Of a stretch of DNA of 64,000 nt, positions 23,657 to 36,308 are shown piece by piece; the stretch's first letter is position 1; the number at the start of each line of letters is the position of its first letter. The DNA is taken from assembly GCA_002633005.1 (NCBI GenBank), contig NMRA01000026.1, forward strand, positions 614,434 through 678,433, read 5' to 3'. This DNA is from Phoronis australis. Lineage: Eukaryota > Animalia > Phoronida. A model generated the notes under the pieces. It saw only the letters and a list, made by a program, of their open reading frames with translations, had not been told where the DNA came from and did not search any database. The translations under genes were made by a program, and so were the position numbers.

Positions 23657-24702
23657 TGGTAAACATGCTACCTGGCTTGTCATATTATGTTGAACTAAGA
23701 TTTCCCTCATCAACCTATTACCATATGTAATTACTCTCTCTGAGATGTTTAACTTGTGCTAATTAAAGAGGATTAGTAAACGGTATGTCACATCGGCTGA
23801 GCGAGATTCCCCGTTTTACACGGAAATCAGCTTACGGTAAGCTTTAAAACATCTCTAAGCAATGTCCAACTTTCACAGAACTCAAACACGATGACCCAGT
23901 GGTTGAAGCTTTGTTGTATGGTAAAAAATCGCCAATCAGGAATGGAATGTGTAAGACAAGTGGGGTTTTGTTTTGTCAATTTTTCGTAAAGCATTCTGTT
24001 ATCGCAAAAATTCTGCTTTACCATAACCAATCCGTGTGCCATTCCTACCACCAGACAATATTTTGAATTGTGAGTATTCATAGCAATGTTAGAAGTTTGA
24101 AAAATGAAAAGATGGCGATTACTTTTGTCGGGGATTTGCAAGATTTTGCCCCAAAGCATGTGGTTTGAAGTGTCCTACTTTGGTTGAGGCATTGATAAAT
24201 GTATAAAGACCAAATGAGGGGCCTGTGATATACAGTAAAAATTCCCGAATTTAGGACACTGAAAAAATAAATATTTTGTACCTGTCCTAAATTTTAGAAA
24301 TAGGCAATATTGGCTGTTCGAAATTCGAGAAATATGAGAAAGACGGCAAAATCGATGGTGTCCGAAATCGAAGAATTTATGCAGTTGGGTACCAACAACG
24401 TTTCGATTTGCAGTTATAGGCAGTTTGAACATCCGTGCAGATTTGTGATTGTTGACAAGAAATTCACCTGATGTCCTCAAAAACATAAGCAGCGATGTTA
24501 CAGACTCTGAACAGAATTTACTCACCAAACTTTGTGAAAGGAAATATATATATTTATCGTGTAACACGCCTTAACTGATTATTCGCAATATCCATTGGGT
24601 CTCAACGTCTTCACGTTAACTGTTTGCAAACCAAACACAGGCGACACGACTGCAGTAACCCTGGTTTGTTTCTGGGACAGCGTGTGTGACATATTGATGA
24701 GT

Positions 24703-24842
24703 TGGGGGCGGATCCAGGATTTTGAGTTGGGGGGGGGCAGGGCACAGTATTAGTCAGGATTTTGCCCTTCAGACATTTGCACCCCCAAACTGTCAAATGG
24801 AATCAGAGAATTTTAGGGGGGGCATGGCCCCCTTGCCGCCAA
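24703..24842 (-). mobile_element. Truncated copy of the 160-bp GC-rich MITE
   Basis: ggggcggatccaggattttgagttggggggggcagggca... aligns with 27057-27213. Confidence 0.8.
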
Positions 24843-27056
24843 CGAGATGCATATAACGTTCCCGCAGTCTTAGCTTAATTACATTATCTGGACATTTATT
24901 TGACAATTATACAACTGTTGCTTTATACAACTGGGGTATATTCAATCAATAAAAGTTTTAGAATTGTGATTCTGAAACTCAGTTGGCCAGATCACAATTT
25001 AACCAAGGTAGAGCCCACGTAGTTCAACTGCAAAACACCACCCTGCGCAAGTGGCTGGTGAAGTAGCCGGCTACAAGTGCGTTAGCTTTTTCAACGGTAA
25101 TTATGCTTTAATATAAAAGCGGCTCGTACTCGTGATCTCAGCCCTTGCATTCCTGGTACTGCTGTTGTAATTTTTTATGTCCTATGTTCCTCCGGTCCAA
25201 TAGTGCCGTTCGCTTGTGAATAAATTGAATTTATTTTTACGCACGCATGTGGATTTAGATCGCTCTCCGCTACGGGGGCCCTGGTATCATTTTAAAAATT
25301 GGGCGACATGGGTCAAACGACCCATGTAAGTGACTGGGGACGAGTGGAAACGGAGCAACTTTGACTAAAGATTGGTTTGCACTCTTAACGTTGGTGCTAG
25401 AGAGACCAAACATTTTGTGTAGAATACCAAATAGGCTAGTAAATAGAATGTCAGTAGGGTGACATAAAGATATATTTACCACATGAACATTTTTTGTGTA
25501 TACTGCACGACAAACTGGGACATGGATTTTTGATTTTCACGAAGTCTGTTTTAACTCGACACTGAACAACATCATTTCGCCGATTTGGTGCATGGCATAG
25601 CAAAGGTTGGGGTTCCGGGAGGAAGGTAAGTGGGCCGCAGGTTCGCAGAAAAAGTTGAAGTTGTGAACCCGAAATCTGTCATGGTAACACAACAGTCTCA
25701 TCACCGGTGCTTATTAGTTACCTGTTAATCCAAATACAAAGCGTGACACTGTGGAGATTACACGAAAGTCAGAGAACATACAGTTTATTTGCAGAACAAA
25801 ACCACAATCAAGCTTGGCAAGTGTTTTGAGTCTGTGATTACAACTGCCAAGAAAACGTGCGAGATATACACAAACCCTCCACATCGATAACTACAGAGTG
25901 CACATGGCAGCAGTTTCAAACCATGTGTAAATAACCACCCTTGCTTGATGAACTTCCAGATTTACATTCAGTCCTCGATCATGTGGGAAAACGCACTGTC
26001 CAAAATGTGAGAATTACGGCCAATGCAGCTAAAATCGACGTGTCCGAAATCTGAGAAGTAGGGTGAATTCCAAATTTGATCATGTCCCAAATTTCAGAAT
26101 CAAAAAATTCAGTTCGGGGTTGGATTTAGTTGTCTGAAATTCGGGAGACTATTCTAAATTCGGCAATTTTTACTTTTGTTGACAATATACTTCTCTTAAA
26201 AAAGAAACTGTTGGTGGACTTTGTGTTCTAAACTCTTTTCTGAACTGCGTTTGTCAGCCTGCCAGAATATCATATCTTAGCTCTTATTATCCAATATCTA
26301 CCTTTTCTCTATTATTCATGGACTAAAGAGTTCAGTGACTTCTTGTCTGAAGCTCTATCAATAAGTTAATTATATCTTCTTGACTGAAGCAATATCAGTG
26401 GATATCACGAAGCGATATCACTGGATATCATTTTTTCTGTTCTAAGTTATTGTTATTAGCGAATCGCAGATGAAGTACATTACGCAAAAATATTATTTGT
26501 AACCTGGTAAAATCAATATGCAAAATTTCCAAGTTTTTGCAGACGAGCTATGATATGGACATTTACTTCACTTTAAATTTAATACGCGTTTTCTCATAGT
26601 CAATAATTAACCTGCTTGGGTTTGATACTACATATATTAATTTAAATGTTTTTATTTACTGCTCTAACAGTAAATGTGATCCTTTCATTGATACAAATTC
26701 ACTTACCATCTATTCTACTCTACAAAAACTAGCCGCTAGAGGCCATTTCTCAGACTTAAACAAACAGTTGTAAAATTACTCACCTTTCCGGTTGGCTTCA
26801 GCACTACATGTGTTATAATTCCAAAAATTTTGCTTCAGTTGATAGTAGTGTGGGTGTCGGTATCCAAATTATTCCTGCCTCTTGCTTGTAATTGGTCTTA
26901 ATCAGACTGTACTCATTGATGGAAAGCTAACATTATATACACAAGTCTGACAGTTGATGAGCCAATCACAGTCAGATGTGGTGAGGCCCTCCAGGATAAC
27001 TTGAGATTTTTTGTCCAAAACTGAAACCAGTTGACAGAAGGGAATCCAACAATTTA

Positions 27057-27213
27057 CAGGGGTTTATCCAGGATTTTGAGTTGGGGGGGCAGGGCAGAGT
27101 GTTAGCCAGGATTTTGCCCGTCAGACATTCGCACCCCTGAACTGCCAAGTAGAATCTAGGAGAATTTTAGGCGGGGCCATGACCCGCTTGGCCCCCCGCC
27201 AAATCCGCCACTG
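27057..27213 (-). mobile_element. 157-bp GC-rich MITE with 5-bp TSD
   Basis: Termini cagggg...atccgccactg; ATTTA at 27052-27056 and 27214-27218. Confidence 0.85.
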
Positions 27214-27256
27214 ATTTATACTTCGTTCTGAGACATTCCAAGTCTACCACATCCAG

Positions 27257-27304
27257 ACATGGAGAGGAAATTTAGATTTTTGTTCAAAACTACAACAGGT
27301 GCAG
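27257..27304 (+). CDS. FOCAD: Probable first conserved coding exon of focadhesin (TWRGNLDFCSKLQQVQ)
   Basis: Aligns ungapped to the remembered human N-terminus DIRKRFEFPNSLIQSQ; phase-0 donor CAG|gtgaag. The local ATG at 27259 is out of frame (see findings). Confidence 0.5.
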
Positions 27305-28503
27305 GTGAAGGCCTGTATTTTACAGCTTATAGAGAGACTTGCTGTGCCATCAACAGGCAGACCAGACGGACTGAAGCTTTGTTGGGTATCTTTGCATACT
27401 TCAAAACTGCATCCAGTTTGCATAGGTATTTTTGTGTCTAACAAATTAGATGTATTGTGTGTGTTAATTACACATTCTGGATATCTCCGACTCTTTGAAT
27501 GCGTACAATTTATCTTGATTACGAAAAACGGTTGGGATGCATTTTTGGGCGTTCTGTTCGTTTAAAAACATCTCATGATGAATTACAGGCAACTGAATTG
27601 CTCATTGCACTCTCACTGTTGGCAAATTTCAAGGTAAGATCAGGGCATCTCATTACTGGTGGTTCTTAAGTGGCAAAATGAACACTGTTATCTGTTAGCC
27701 AGTTTTATGACAGGCCTGAGAGCAGAATACACAAACTCAATTACACAGCTTGTTCAATATCCCAATATCTTATGTGAGGAATCTGGGGTGGTGTTTTTGT
27801 AGTGTGGAGCTTTTGAATTATCATCCACTAGGCTTGGTAGTGATATGCTGAGAACTAAGTGTGATATGTTTAAAATGCCTTTCTGGTTGATCCTGAATTT
27901 TGAGACGGCGATATTACTCGCCTACTGTGTGTTTACTTACCACGTCTTCATTGATTTATCCATAGGCAATTTGTCATTTGTGGATTTGCGGATGTGCCAG
28001 CAATCACTTCTTAACAGTCAATGATATGAGCTGCAAAAATGTTTATTACAATCAATATATAATAATGGTGATCTGTCACTGACAAATATAACATTATAAA
28101 GATTCTAATTGGACACATTCATGCTCTACAGCTTAAGGCAAGTTTGTGGTCACTCATAGTACTCAGTGTTGGCAACATAATGCTTGCTTCGGATAAAGGA
28201 TGAGGACAACAGTTAATGAGACAATATCTTCATAAGGGGGTAGCAGGAAAATTAGGATCTAGCAGAGAGCGAGTGTTTCGCAAGCCTTTGCTGAGGAGCT
28301 TATCAGCAAAATGGCAGCCACTGATGTAAGTGGAATGTTGATTTGTGGGATTGAATTAATAAATTATGGGATCGATTTTACTATTTCTGTTCCTTAAATG
28401 ATGAAGATACATTTGCCACAAGTGCAAGTTACTGTCTTGCATGGGGCGCCACCTCAAGTTTCCCAACAAAATTAAACCCAGTTGTAACTCTTTCTAGACT
28501 TAA

Positions 28504-29384
28504 AGGTGAAGGCAACCTTTTCTCATGTCATTTTTAGCAAAAATAAGGTTCGTTGGTTATCCCAGATATATTTTCCACTTAAAGACAGGTTTTTGTAATT
28601 TAATTAATTATTCGTTCTCTACTCCGGAAGTGACGTTTTGGGATGCAAGAATTTCACGCCAATTTCTTTTCATATAGTCTGACTATGGGAGCCAGTGTCT
28701 AGTCAGTCATTGATCTACCTTGATTGTGATAAGTTCAGTCGTCGTTTGCTTTTGTCAGTCAACATGCCACACTGTTGCTGCGTACCGGGATGTACTCATT
28801 ATGGCTCAAAGCCTGAGCCCTGCTGCGATGTTGAGTAGTGGGAGTGAATACACACCCAGTGAAGAGGACAGTTGTTCAATGAACAGATCGGTGAGCCAAA
28901 CTTTGATAAGTTTATTGTGGACTTGTCTAAAGTATTGGAGCTATTTAGAAGGTACCAGGTGTGTGGCGAGGCAGCCACATAGCGGGGCGTAAGCAGTTTG
29001 TGTGCTCAGGTCACTATCCAGTGGGAGTGTGTCGCGGGACACTCAGGCAAGTGGGACAGTTGAGCCTTTGTCCATGAGACCATAATGAGTACATCCGGTA
29101 TGCAGCAACAGTGTTTCGTGTTGACTGACTCGTAAACAAAAGCAAACGACGACCAAACTTATCGCAACCGAGATAGAACAATGACTGACTTGGCAGCTCT
29201 CACAGTCAGACTATCTGAAAAGAAATTGGCACGAAATTCTTGTCCCCTAAAACGTCACTTCCGTAGTAGAGAATGAATAATTAATTAAAATACAAAAAGC
29301 TGTAATTAAGTGGAAAATATGTCTGGGATAACTAACGAACCTTATTTTTGCTAAAAAAGACATGTAAAAAGATTGTCTTTGCCT
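28504..29384. mobile_element. Kolobok-like fold-back element with ~305-bp imperfect TIRs
   Basis: 28504-28809 is the inverted complement of 29075-29384; AGG...CCT termini; TTAA at 28500-28503 and 29385-29388. Confidence 0.9.
28764..29063 (+). pseudogene. Fragments of a THAP-containing transposase N-terminus
   Basis: 28764 reads MPHCCCVPGCT (THAP start). 28899-29063 reads NFDKFIVDLSKVLELFRRYQVCGEAAT*RGVSSLCAQVTIQWECVAGHSGKWDS, resembling the KFIV..L.LF..C..C...C..GH...W.S motif I recall from Kolobok-type transposases. Confidence 0.65.
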
Positions 29385-30566
29385 TTAATTCACACCGACA
29401 GGAGGCACGTTCCAAAACGATAGCTCTATTGGTTTATCGGCATAGTTGTATTACGCGTTGTTCAAACTGAAATTGAGCTCTAAAACGAGGTTTATGCTTC
29501 GGATGAACAAATTAGATGTTTTAAATTTAAAATTCAACTTGGTCCAGATTGATATTTGAAACGTATCGCATGAAATAGATGTAAAAATTATTAAAACTAA
29601 GAAAGCAGAATTGATGGTCAAATAATTTTTATTTTCAATTACGAGCCTAGTTTATTTTAATAAAAAATATATTTAATAACATCAGTTATTCTTGCAGACC
29701 AATGACAAATCAAGTGTTAGTCCCGGTAGTTCCTACCTCACCAGGACCTAGGCTATGCTTGATGTTAATATTCTTGATCAACAAATTAAACCAGATGTGA
29801 CTTGCCCATGAAAGCAAAATGCGATGAGCCACCTCTGTCGAATCAACACATCAAAAATACAAGCAGATGACCTGGTTCATGTAGAAAGCACTTTTATCAA
29901 CAATTTACGAGAAGAAATGTAACCCTGTATTCAGCATTACCTAATCCGCAACACTACGATCGCCTCAATTTGGTCATTGTGTACTTTTCATGTTTCGAAT
30001 GTAGTTTTCCGAAAGAAAGTTGTACCCTTTGTCAGGCATCTCTTTGGTGCATTGACTTGGGTCTCTGATGTATTTTTCTACTTCTCTGTGGTTAATTATC
30101 AACACATTGTTAAGATTTAATATCCAGGTTGAACTCAAAAGACTGGCCATTTAATTTACGCAATGTCAACTTCCGCTTTGTTTATCGCAGTGAGCCTTGT
30201 TTTGGATTTTAATGTCCGCCACGTGAACTAAGGTGTATAGACCTTGCTATTCAAACCCGCCTGTAGACTTATCTCCCCTGGACCAAAGGTGTTGTCACAA
30301 TCGTTCACCATTTAGGTGCTGAAAATGGAGGTGCTCGGTGAGGGTGAAATTGCAAAAAGAACTGAAAATCTATGTTGTACAAAAAAGTGGTGGAAGCCAT
30401 TATGTCGTAGTACAGCTGTCAGGAAAAAACATACTGAAGAAGCAGCATACGTGGAAGTAATCTATTTGCTGTGAACATGGCAAAAAACGTCAAGATTACC
30501 CGTGTTTACCGCCGTTCAAGATGTTTTGTATTCCCAAGAACTAAATTAACCGGAGAGAAAGGTTGC

Positions 30567-30614
30567 ATACAATAAATAGAAAATAATACAATAAATAGAA
30601 AATAATACAATAAA
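30567..30614. repeat. 19-bp AT-rich tandem repeat, ~2.5 copies
   Basis: atacaataaatagaaaata repeated. Confidence 0.8.
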
Positions 30615-31839
30615 AATAAATAATTCTCTGTAATTGTAAAAAAAGGTGGGTCAAATGTAACTAATGTGTTTAAAGTACGATGTTGACATTTCTCAATTAT
30701 TGATGAAACTGAGTGAGCCACAAACAGTGGAGCAGAACCACAAACTAAAAAATGAATAGGAACAATTCTTACACTTATAACAATGCGAGGTGGTTCGAAT
30801 TGCTGTTTGATTTAAATGAATTCTTTTGATCTGAAAGTGGCGTTTTAAGTCAGCGAGTTGATATCGTACCGGGGTGGCGACCGGGTGCGATACCTTCCTG
30901 TGCCTGTATTATTTAGAGAAAAATATAAGTTTTGGGGACCGTTTTATGAAGTTTATGTCCCAAGAAAATTTAAAAAAAGGTGTCGTCATGACGCTGGACG
31001 TTAGTATTACATTTGAATATTTAGACATCACGCAGTAACAAAATAATTATACAGTACACGTTATCGCCATCTGTTACTGTTATTCAAGACTAGCAGAAGC
31101 GTCTTATGCAGTTTGTTCTTCTCACTACTGTGAAATTTGTGCATGTCTTGGGGGTCGGGAGTATGACGGGAATTTAAATAACTAGTGAAGGTACATACTC
31201 ATATTCAAGTGTATTATTGTAGGCTTAGTTCTTTGCATTACGTTGCCTGCTGTCGGCGACTATGCTCGTCTCCGAATCACAATCTGAAGCAGATGAAATC
31301 TCAAATTGATTTAGTTTTGTAAACGGAGCCCTGCAATATTACGAAATACTAACTTATAGCCACTGACATTGGTAAGGAAGTAGACTGTGACTCAGTCATG
31401 ATTTAAATGGTTTAAACATGCTTCATCTCTACGCTATCAACGGTGCTGAGTTTCACTGGTTTCAGCACCTTAATATCGTGTGGTCACATGATCACGTCAT
31501 GTCGGCCTTCGTATTTTGGCGCGTGCATAGGTCTATAATTGCAACTGTTATATTATAGTTACCTTTACACCCACAAGTAAAATTTTTCATGGTTTTAGTC
31601 GCTTTCCCATTCACATTGCATCGATGTGCCATTGTTTTCAACCAGATTTGACTGCAGTGCCATCTGCTGTGCTCATACCTAAGTTACAGCAGTCATAACC
31701 TCTCTCTAAGCCATCTGCACTGAGGATTAGAACCACATTACAGCTACAACTTTTAAAATCGATTTTATAGTGTTCACACCCGAAAATTATAATATCTAAA
31801 TCCGTTTTAAAAGTTTTTACCAATTTGGTGTGAACTGGG

Positions 31840-31984
31840 CATGGGCGATGCACCATCGGGGGTTGGGGGGGGGCTATAGTTCCTACTTTTTTCAGTGCTG
31901 CCCCACCCATGGTCTATGGGCGGTACACTACAGGGGAGCTGGGGGGCCTATAGGCCCCACTTTTTCAGTTCTGCACCGCCCATG
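31840..31984. mobile_element. Tandem dimer of a ~70-bp mini-MITE
   Basis: Units 31840-31911 and 31915-31984, each (c/t)atgggcg...cccatg; outer flanks ctggg/caggg. Confidence 0.65.
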
Positions 31985-32769
31985 CAGGGTATATGAATGC
32001 TTCTTACCAGTTGAAATTACAACGGGCATTTACCACCAACAACACATGGAATTTTGTGATGAGGGAGGGGGGCTTCTTTTGTTTGGGAATTAAGGAACAA
32101 AGATGGATGCCAGTGATAAGCATTGTCTGTTTGTGGCAATATTCTTTTCCGCCCATGTTAGACACTGCGTCCAACAAAAATTGAATCCGTTACTGAAAAT
32201 TGAATTTTATATTGTTCGAATACCGAAAATTGGTTAGCTACAACAGAAGAAAACATTAAGTTAAATTGCCTCTGCTGTTCCTTTGTTGATGTGTCCAAAC
32301 CGGTATTGTGTAATCTGCCCGAGCAACACATGTGTCACGTGACTCGTATCGTATCAGAGTGATCTTAAAGCCCTCATAGAATGCAGTGAAATTTGAATGG
32401 GAGAGCCAGTCATGTTGAGTCTTGACAGCCAGAACTCAGTCCTGGTTTATGGACTGTAAACATGAGAAATAACTGACTATAACTTATCCAAGCATAACCG
32501 ACTGGAAATGAGGTAAATAGGTTGATTAATAAAATAATGGTTAGTCATGAGACTGTCAAGAGTACTTTACACATTAAGCGGGTTAACTTCCTCCCATTTC
32601 AGAGACATTTAGCTGTTAGCACGTAAAGTGGATAGAAATCAATCACCGACATCCATCTTGTCGCCTCTTGTGTCATGTGATAGTTGACACGTTTTTCAGT
32701 TATTTTGATACAAGTGTTAACAGTTCATGACGAATTTCCGAAATTGTCATTTTTTTCCTTTTTTCTGAT

Positions 32770-33518
32770 GACCCTTTCCCATACAGTTACTTTCGCTTCA
32801 GTCGAAGCTTCAATGTAAACTGTCGTTTATCCTGAAGTTGAGCGTGAGTGCTTACTTCAACGTCGGAGTTATCATTTAGCAAAGTTATCGCAAGGTAGCG
32901 CCAATATGACCTTGGCCCGTACATAATGATCTATATTTATCTCGTTCGGCCTGCATTATGTCCGTACGCCGTGCTCTTTTTGTTCTTGCTATTAACAATG
33001 GCAACAACCTCCCCCTCTCCCCACTTACAGACACGAGGAATTCAACTTCACATTGAGACGAAGATTGACGACATTTTGACATGAAGTCGGAGTCTTGTGG
33101 CTTGCAGCAGATCCATATATAGAATGTGATATGACGTTTGGCGGGAATTCGTTTTGCGGGAACTCGTTTTGCATACACAAAACTTTCAGTGATTTTTATT
33201 GTTTTTTAAGGAAACAATCCAGCTAGCACTTTACAAATTGAAACAGAATGCTTATACAGCCAAAAAAGCAATTAGTGGAACAAAATATTAATATTTGTTA
33301 ATCTGTTATTGCCCGCTGTTGGCAAACGCAGTGACACTGCTGACATCTGATGACAACGAAGTTAAGTATTCTCACTATACGGAAGCGAAGCGCCGTTGCT
33401 CCACTATTAAATCCATCTCTTAACTTTGAAGTTAACTTGTACTGTTAACTGTGACAAAAGACCGAATTTAAGTGTTCCCATTGACCGAAGCTTCGGTACT
33501 ACCAGTGGGAAAGACCTT
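32770..33518. mobile_element. Degenerate TIR element with cgaagcttc subterminal motifs (possibly Harbinger-like)
   Basis: ctttcccat...cgaagcttcaatg at the left and cattgaccgaagcttcg...gtgggaaag at the right; related to 57615-58150. Confidence 0.4.
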
Positions 33519-35062
33519 TAAGACTGATTACCTTGAAAATATTGCTTTGGTATTGTATGTACTGTTGGTAAAATCTCACCAAATTCGGACAAAAATAATA
33601 ACAAAAATTGGCCTTTTTTCATTTTTCTACAGCTTCTAACATGTTTGCTGCCCACAACCACCGTCTGATGGTAACCGTGAAGTTAAGAATTGTCGTAAGT
33701 TGTGGTCACAATTTAAGACATAAGTAATCAATTTGATGAATACTTTCAATTTCCTTTAATTAAAAATCAAAAATGTTAGAATTGTGGTATCTCAACTACT
33801 AAACATGTGAATTCCGTTCCAATTTAAATCTAATTCCGTAATAGAAATCCAATAACGTGAATTCCATCCATTTGCTATTACTGCCACAAATCATAGTTTC
33901 TGTGTTGCCAACTTTTACTTAAACTTAATTCTCGCTTTTAAATATCCTGACGTTCAGATGAAAGCTTCTCCCTTTGAATTTAACTGTAATAAATTTCAAA
34001 ATCAATAGATGACTTTTCATATTGGCAATCTCTGGAGTAATGCTCAGTTTGGTGGTCAGAAAGTCAATTACTATGTAGTTGTTCATTAATTTAAAAACAG
34101 GAATATATTCCAATGTCAGCCCCTTTCGCTGTTTGATTAATTTAGAGAGGCCTGGAATGGGAAAAATACAGACTAAATTGCATTATTTAAAGTAGTTCTC
34201 TGCCTCTGAATTAAAATGCAACCTGTTCACCAGGTATTTTTGAGGTTTGCTTTTAAAAAAATATTTCTGTTAATGACAAAGCATAGGTTTCAAATTTCAG
34301 GAAAACGATCTGTCAAAAATTAAGTTTTCTTGATTTTGGAATTTGGGACAAGGGCGATTTTGGCCTTCGCCATATTTCTCAAATTTCAGACAATGTGTAT
34401 TCAGTCTACAGAGTGGGTAGTTGTTTTTCGGTTGATTCTTGAATTTGAGACCACAAATATTAGTTATTTCTAGAATTTGGGACAAGCTCCAACATTGAGC
34501 ACTTTCAGTGTCCCAAATCGGTAACCCATTATTATAATTGATTTGATATTATGGAAATGGCCATCACAGTTAGGTGTTGTTAAACATACTTGGATAGGAA
34601 TAAGGAAATATGTTTTAAAAATTTTGCTTTTACACGTTTGTGTAACTGAAGCTCGCGAAGTGTCGACTCACCACTACTTTGGGAACACTCAACTTCGGTG
34701 TCCATCGAAGTCATCTGCAGGGATTACTGCAGCAACAATTGTGAAGTCCACACTACGCCACATTGTTTTAATCTCCATGACGATAGGGTCACATTTTAAT
34801 AACTCCAATGCTTCTTAACTAATGAAGCTAACAGGAAAGCTCAATTTAGCTTCCTAGTTCACCTGTACACTTTGCTAGTGTGGGATCTAGCTTGGTGGGA
34901 AAAGTCCCTAAAAGATATCAAGCCACTTGACTCACTGGACTTGGTTTGAAAGTTGTGACATGGTGTGAATTAGGTATCAAGCAGACACTGCACAATGGTG
35001 AATATGTATCAAGGAGAAGAGAGTGATTTCATTTATCAGTGGTTAAATTTGTGTTTTTCTAG

Positions 35063-35131
35063 GCTCTGGACAAACTGAAAGGGCTGATCGCCTCAAGATG
35101 TGGGGAAAGATTGACTTGTGCTTCAAAACAG
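35063..35131 (+). CDS. FOCAD: Probable focadhesin exon (ALDKLKGLIASRCGERLTCASKQ)
   Basis: tttttctag| acceptor, CAG|gtgatc donor, 69 nt, phase 0/0. Occupies the position of the remembered human segment AVGHLIAAVLKENGFSEKIHQSTNQ and joins 51877 in frame. Confidence 0.65.
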
Positions 35132-35829
35132 GTGATCTTGACACTTGCTACCATCTAACAATCTCCTGCTGTCTGTGAAAGTCTTTGAGTATTTACTTAT
35201 GAATTTAAAACTGTGTACAGTGTCATCTTCAAGTTTAGATACCGCTATTTTGGTACTGAATAATTTATGGAGGCTTTTATGACAATTTTCTTTTTTACGA
35301 TGTGTACTTGTTGTTAAGCATAACTCTCATAACACGTCTATAAGGAAACATACTTATTGCAGTTTATAAAGTGTCTAGTTCATGTCAAAAATTTGCTCTG
35401 TGTTAAGCTCGTATAACTGACAAACTTAAAGACGGAACAAATTTGTAGTCGCACACATTATACGCTACATTACTTAATTTATAAGTTCCCATAAAAATAC
35501 CACACTCGTTTCAGTTAACACCCATGTTCAGCTGAACGCAGCCCCCAAATTTTAAATTTTAAGCTATCCATGCTCGGCTTAACACTCAACCCCACTTTAC
35601 GTGTTGATGACCAGTACTTGTCCCGCATGAAGCTCTTTTACCTGGACATTCCACCAAAGGATCTAACCCATGGACCATACTCCAGCAATAGCTGTCCGTT
35701 TTATGTGACTAAATACCTGTAGAATTGCTGATTTTTTGAAATGGGTGGGAATTTTAAATGGTTGACCAGTTCCAGACTGTCAACTGCTACAGCATAGACA
35801 ACCCCTCGGCTCGCAACATTGCCCCACAA

Positions 35830-36039
35830 CTATGTTTTGTTTTTTCATAAAAATCATAAAATTCCTATTTTTTGATAGCCAATCATGCAAAAGTGGAAAT
35901 TCGTAACATTAGTTTGTAGAACATTCCATAAAGTATGGTGTCTGAAAGTATCGTATGAATCCGGTCAGCCATTTCTGAGACATGATGTTCCAAAGTTTGC
36001 CAAATTTGACCATTTTTAGAGGGTCCTACATTCCCTTTA
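35830..36039 (+). repeat. Terminal segment of another dispersed family ending at TTAA
   Basis: cagccatttctgagacatgatgttccaaagtt...aaatttgaccatttt is shared with ~44930-45135 and ~47255-47494 (+), and ~18495-18660 and ~54935-55100 (-). Confidence 0.65.
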
Positions 36040-36308
36040 AATACTATTGCCATGCATTTAAGGATAGCTCAGACAACCTTGCCGTTTGCAAACGTTAAGA
36101 TTTTGGGAAAGGACAAATTATTTTCTGTCTCAGCATCATCTTTACAACAGACGTTAAAGTTGTGAAAAATGCATTTAGTAGCGTTTGCTGAACAATGGAG
36201 CAACAAACTAAGTAACTTTGGCCAAAGCTCAAAACTTTCACTTTCATCCCTGAGCGCAAGAAGTTGAACAAGAGAGTAAAATCAATGTCAAGTAACAATA
36301 AACTGTGA

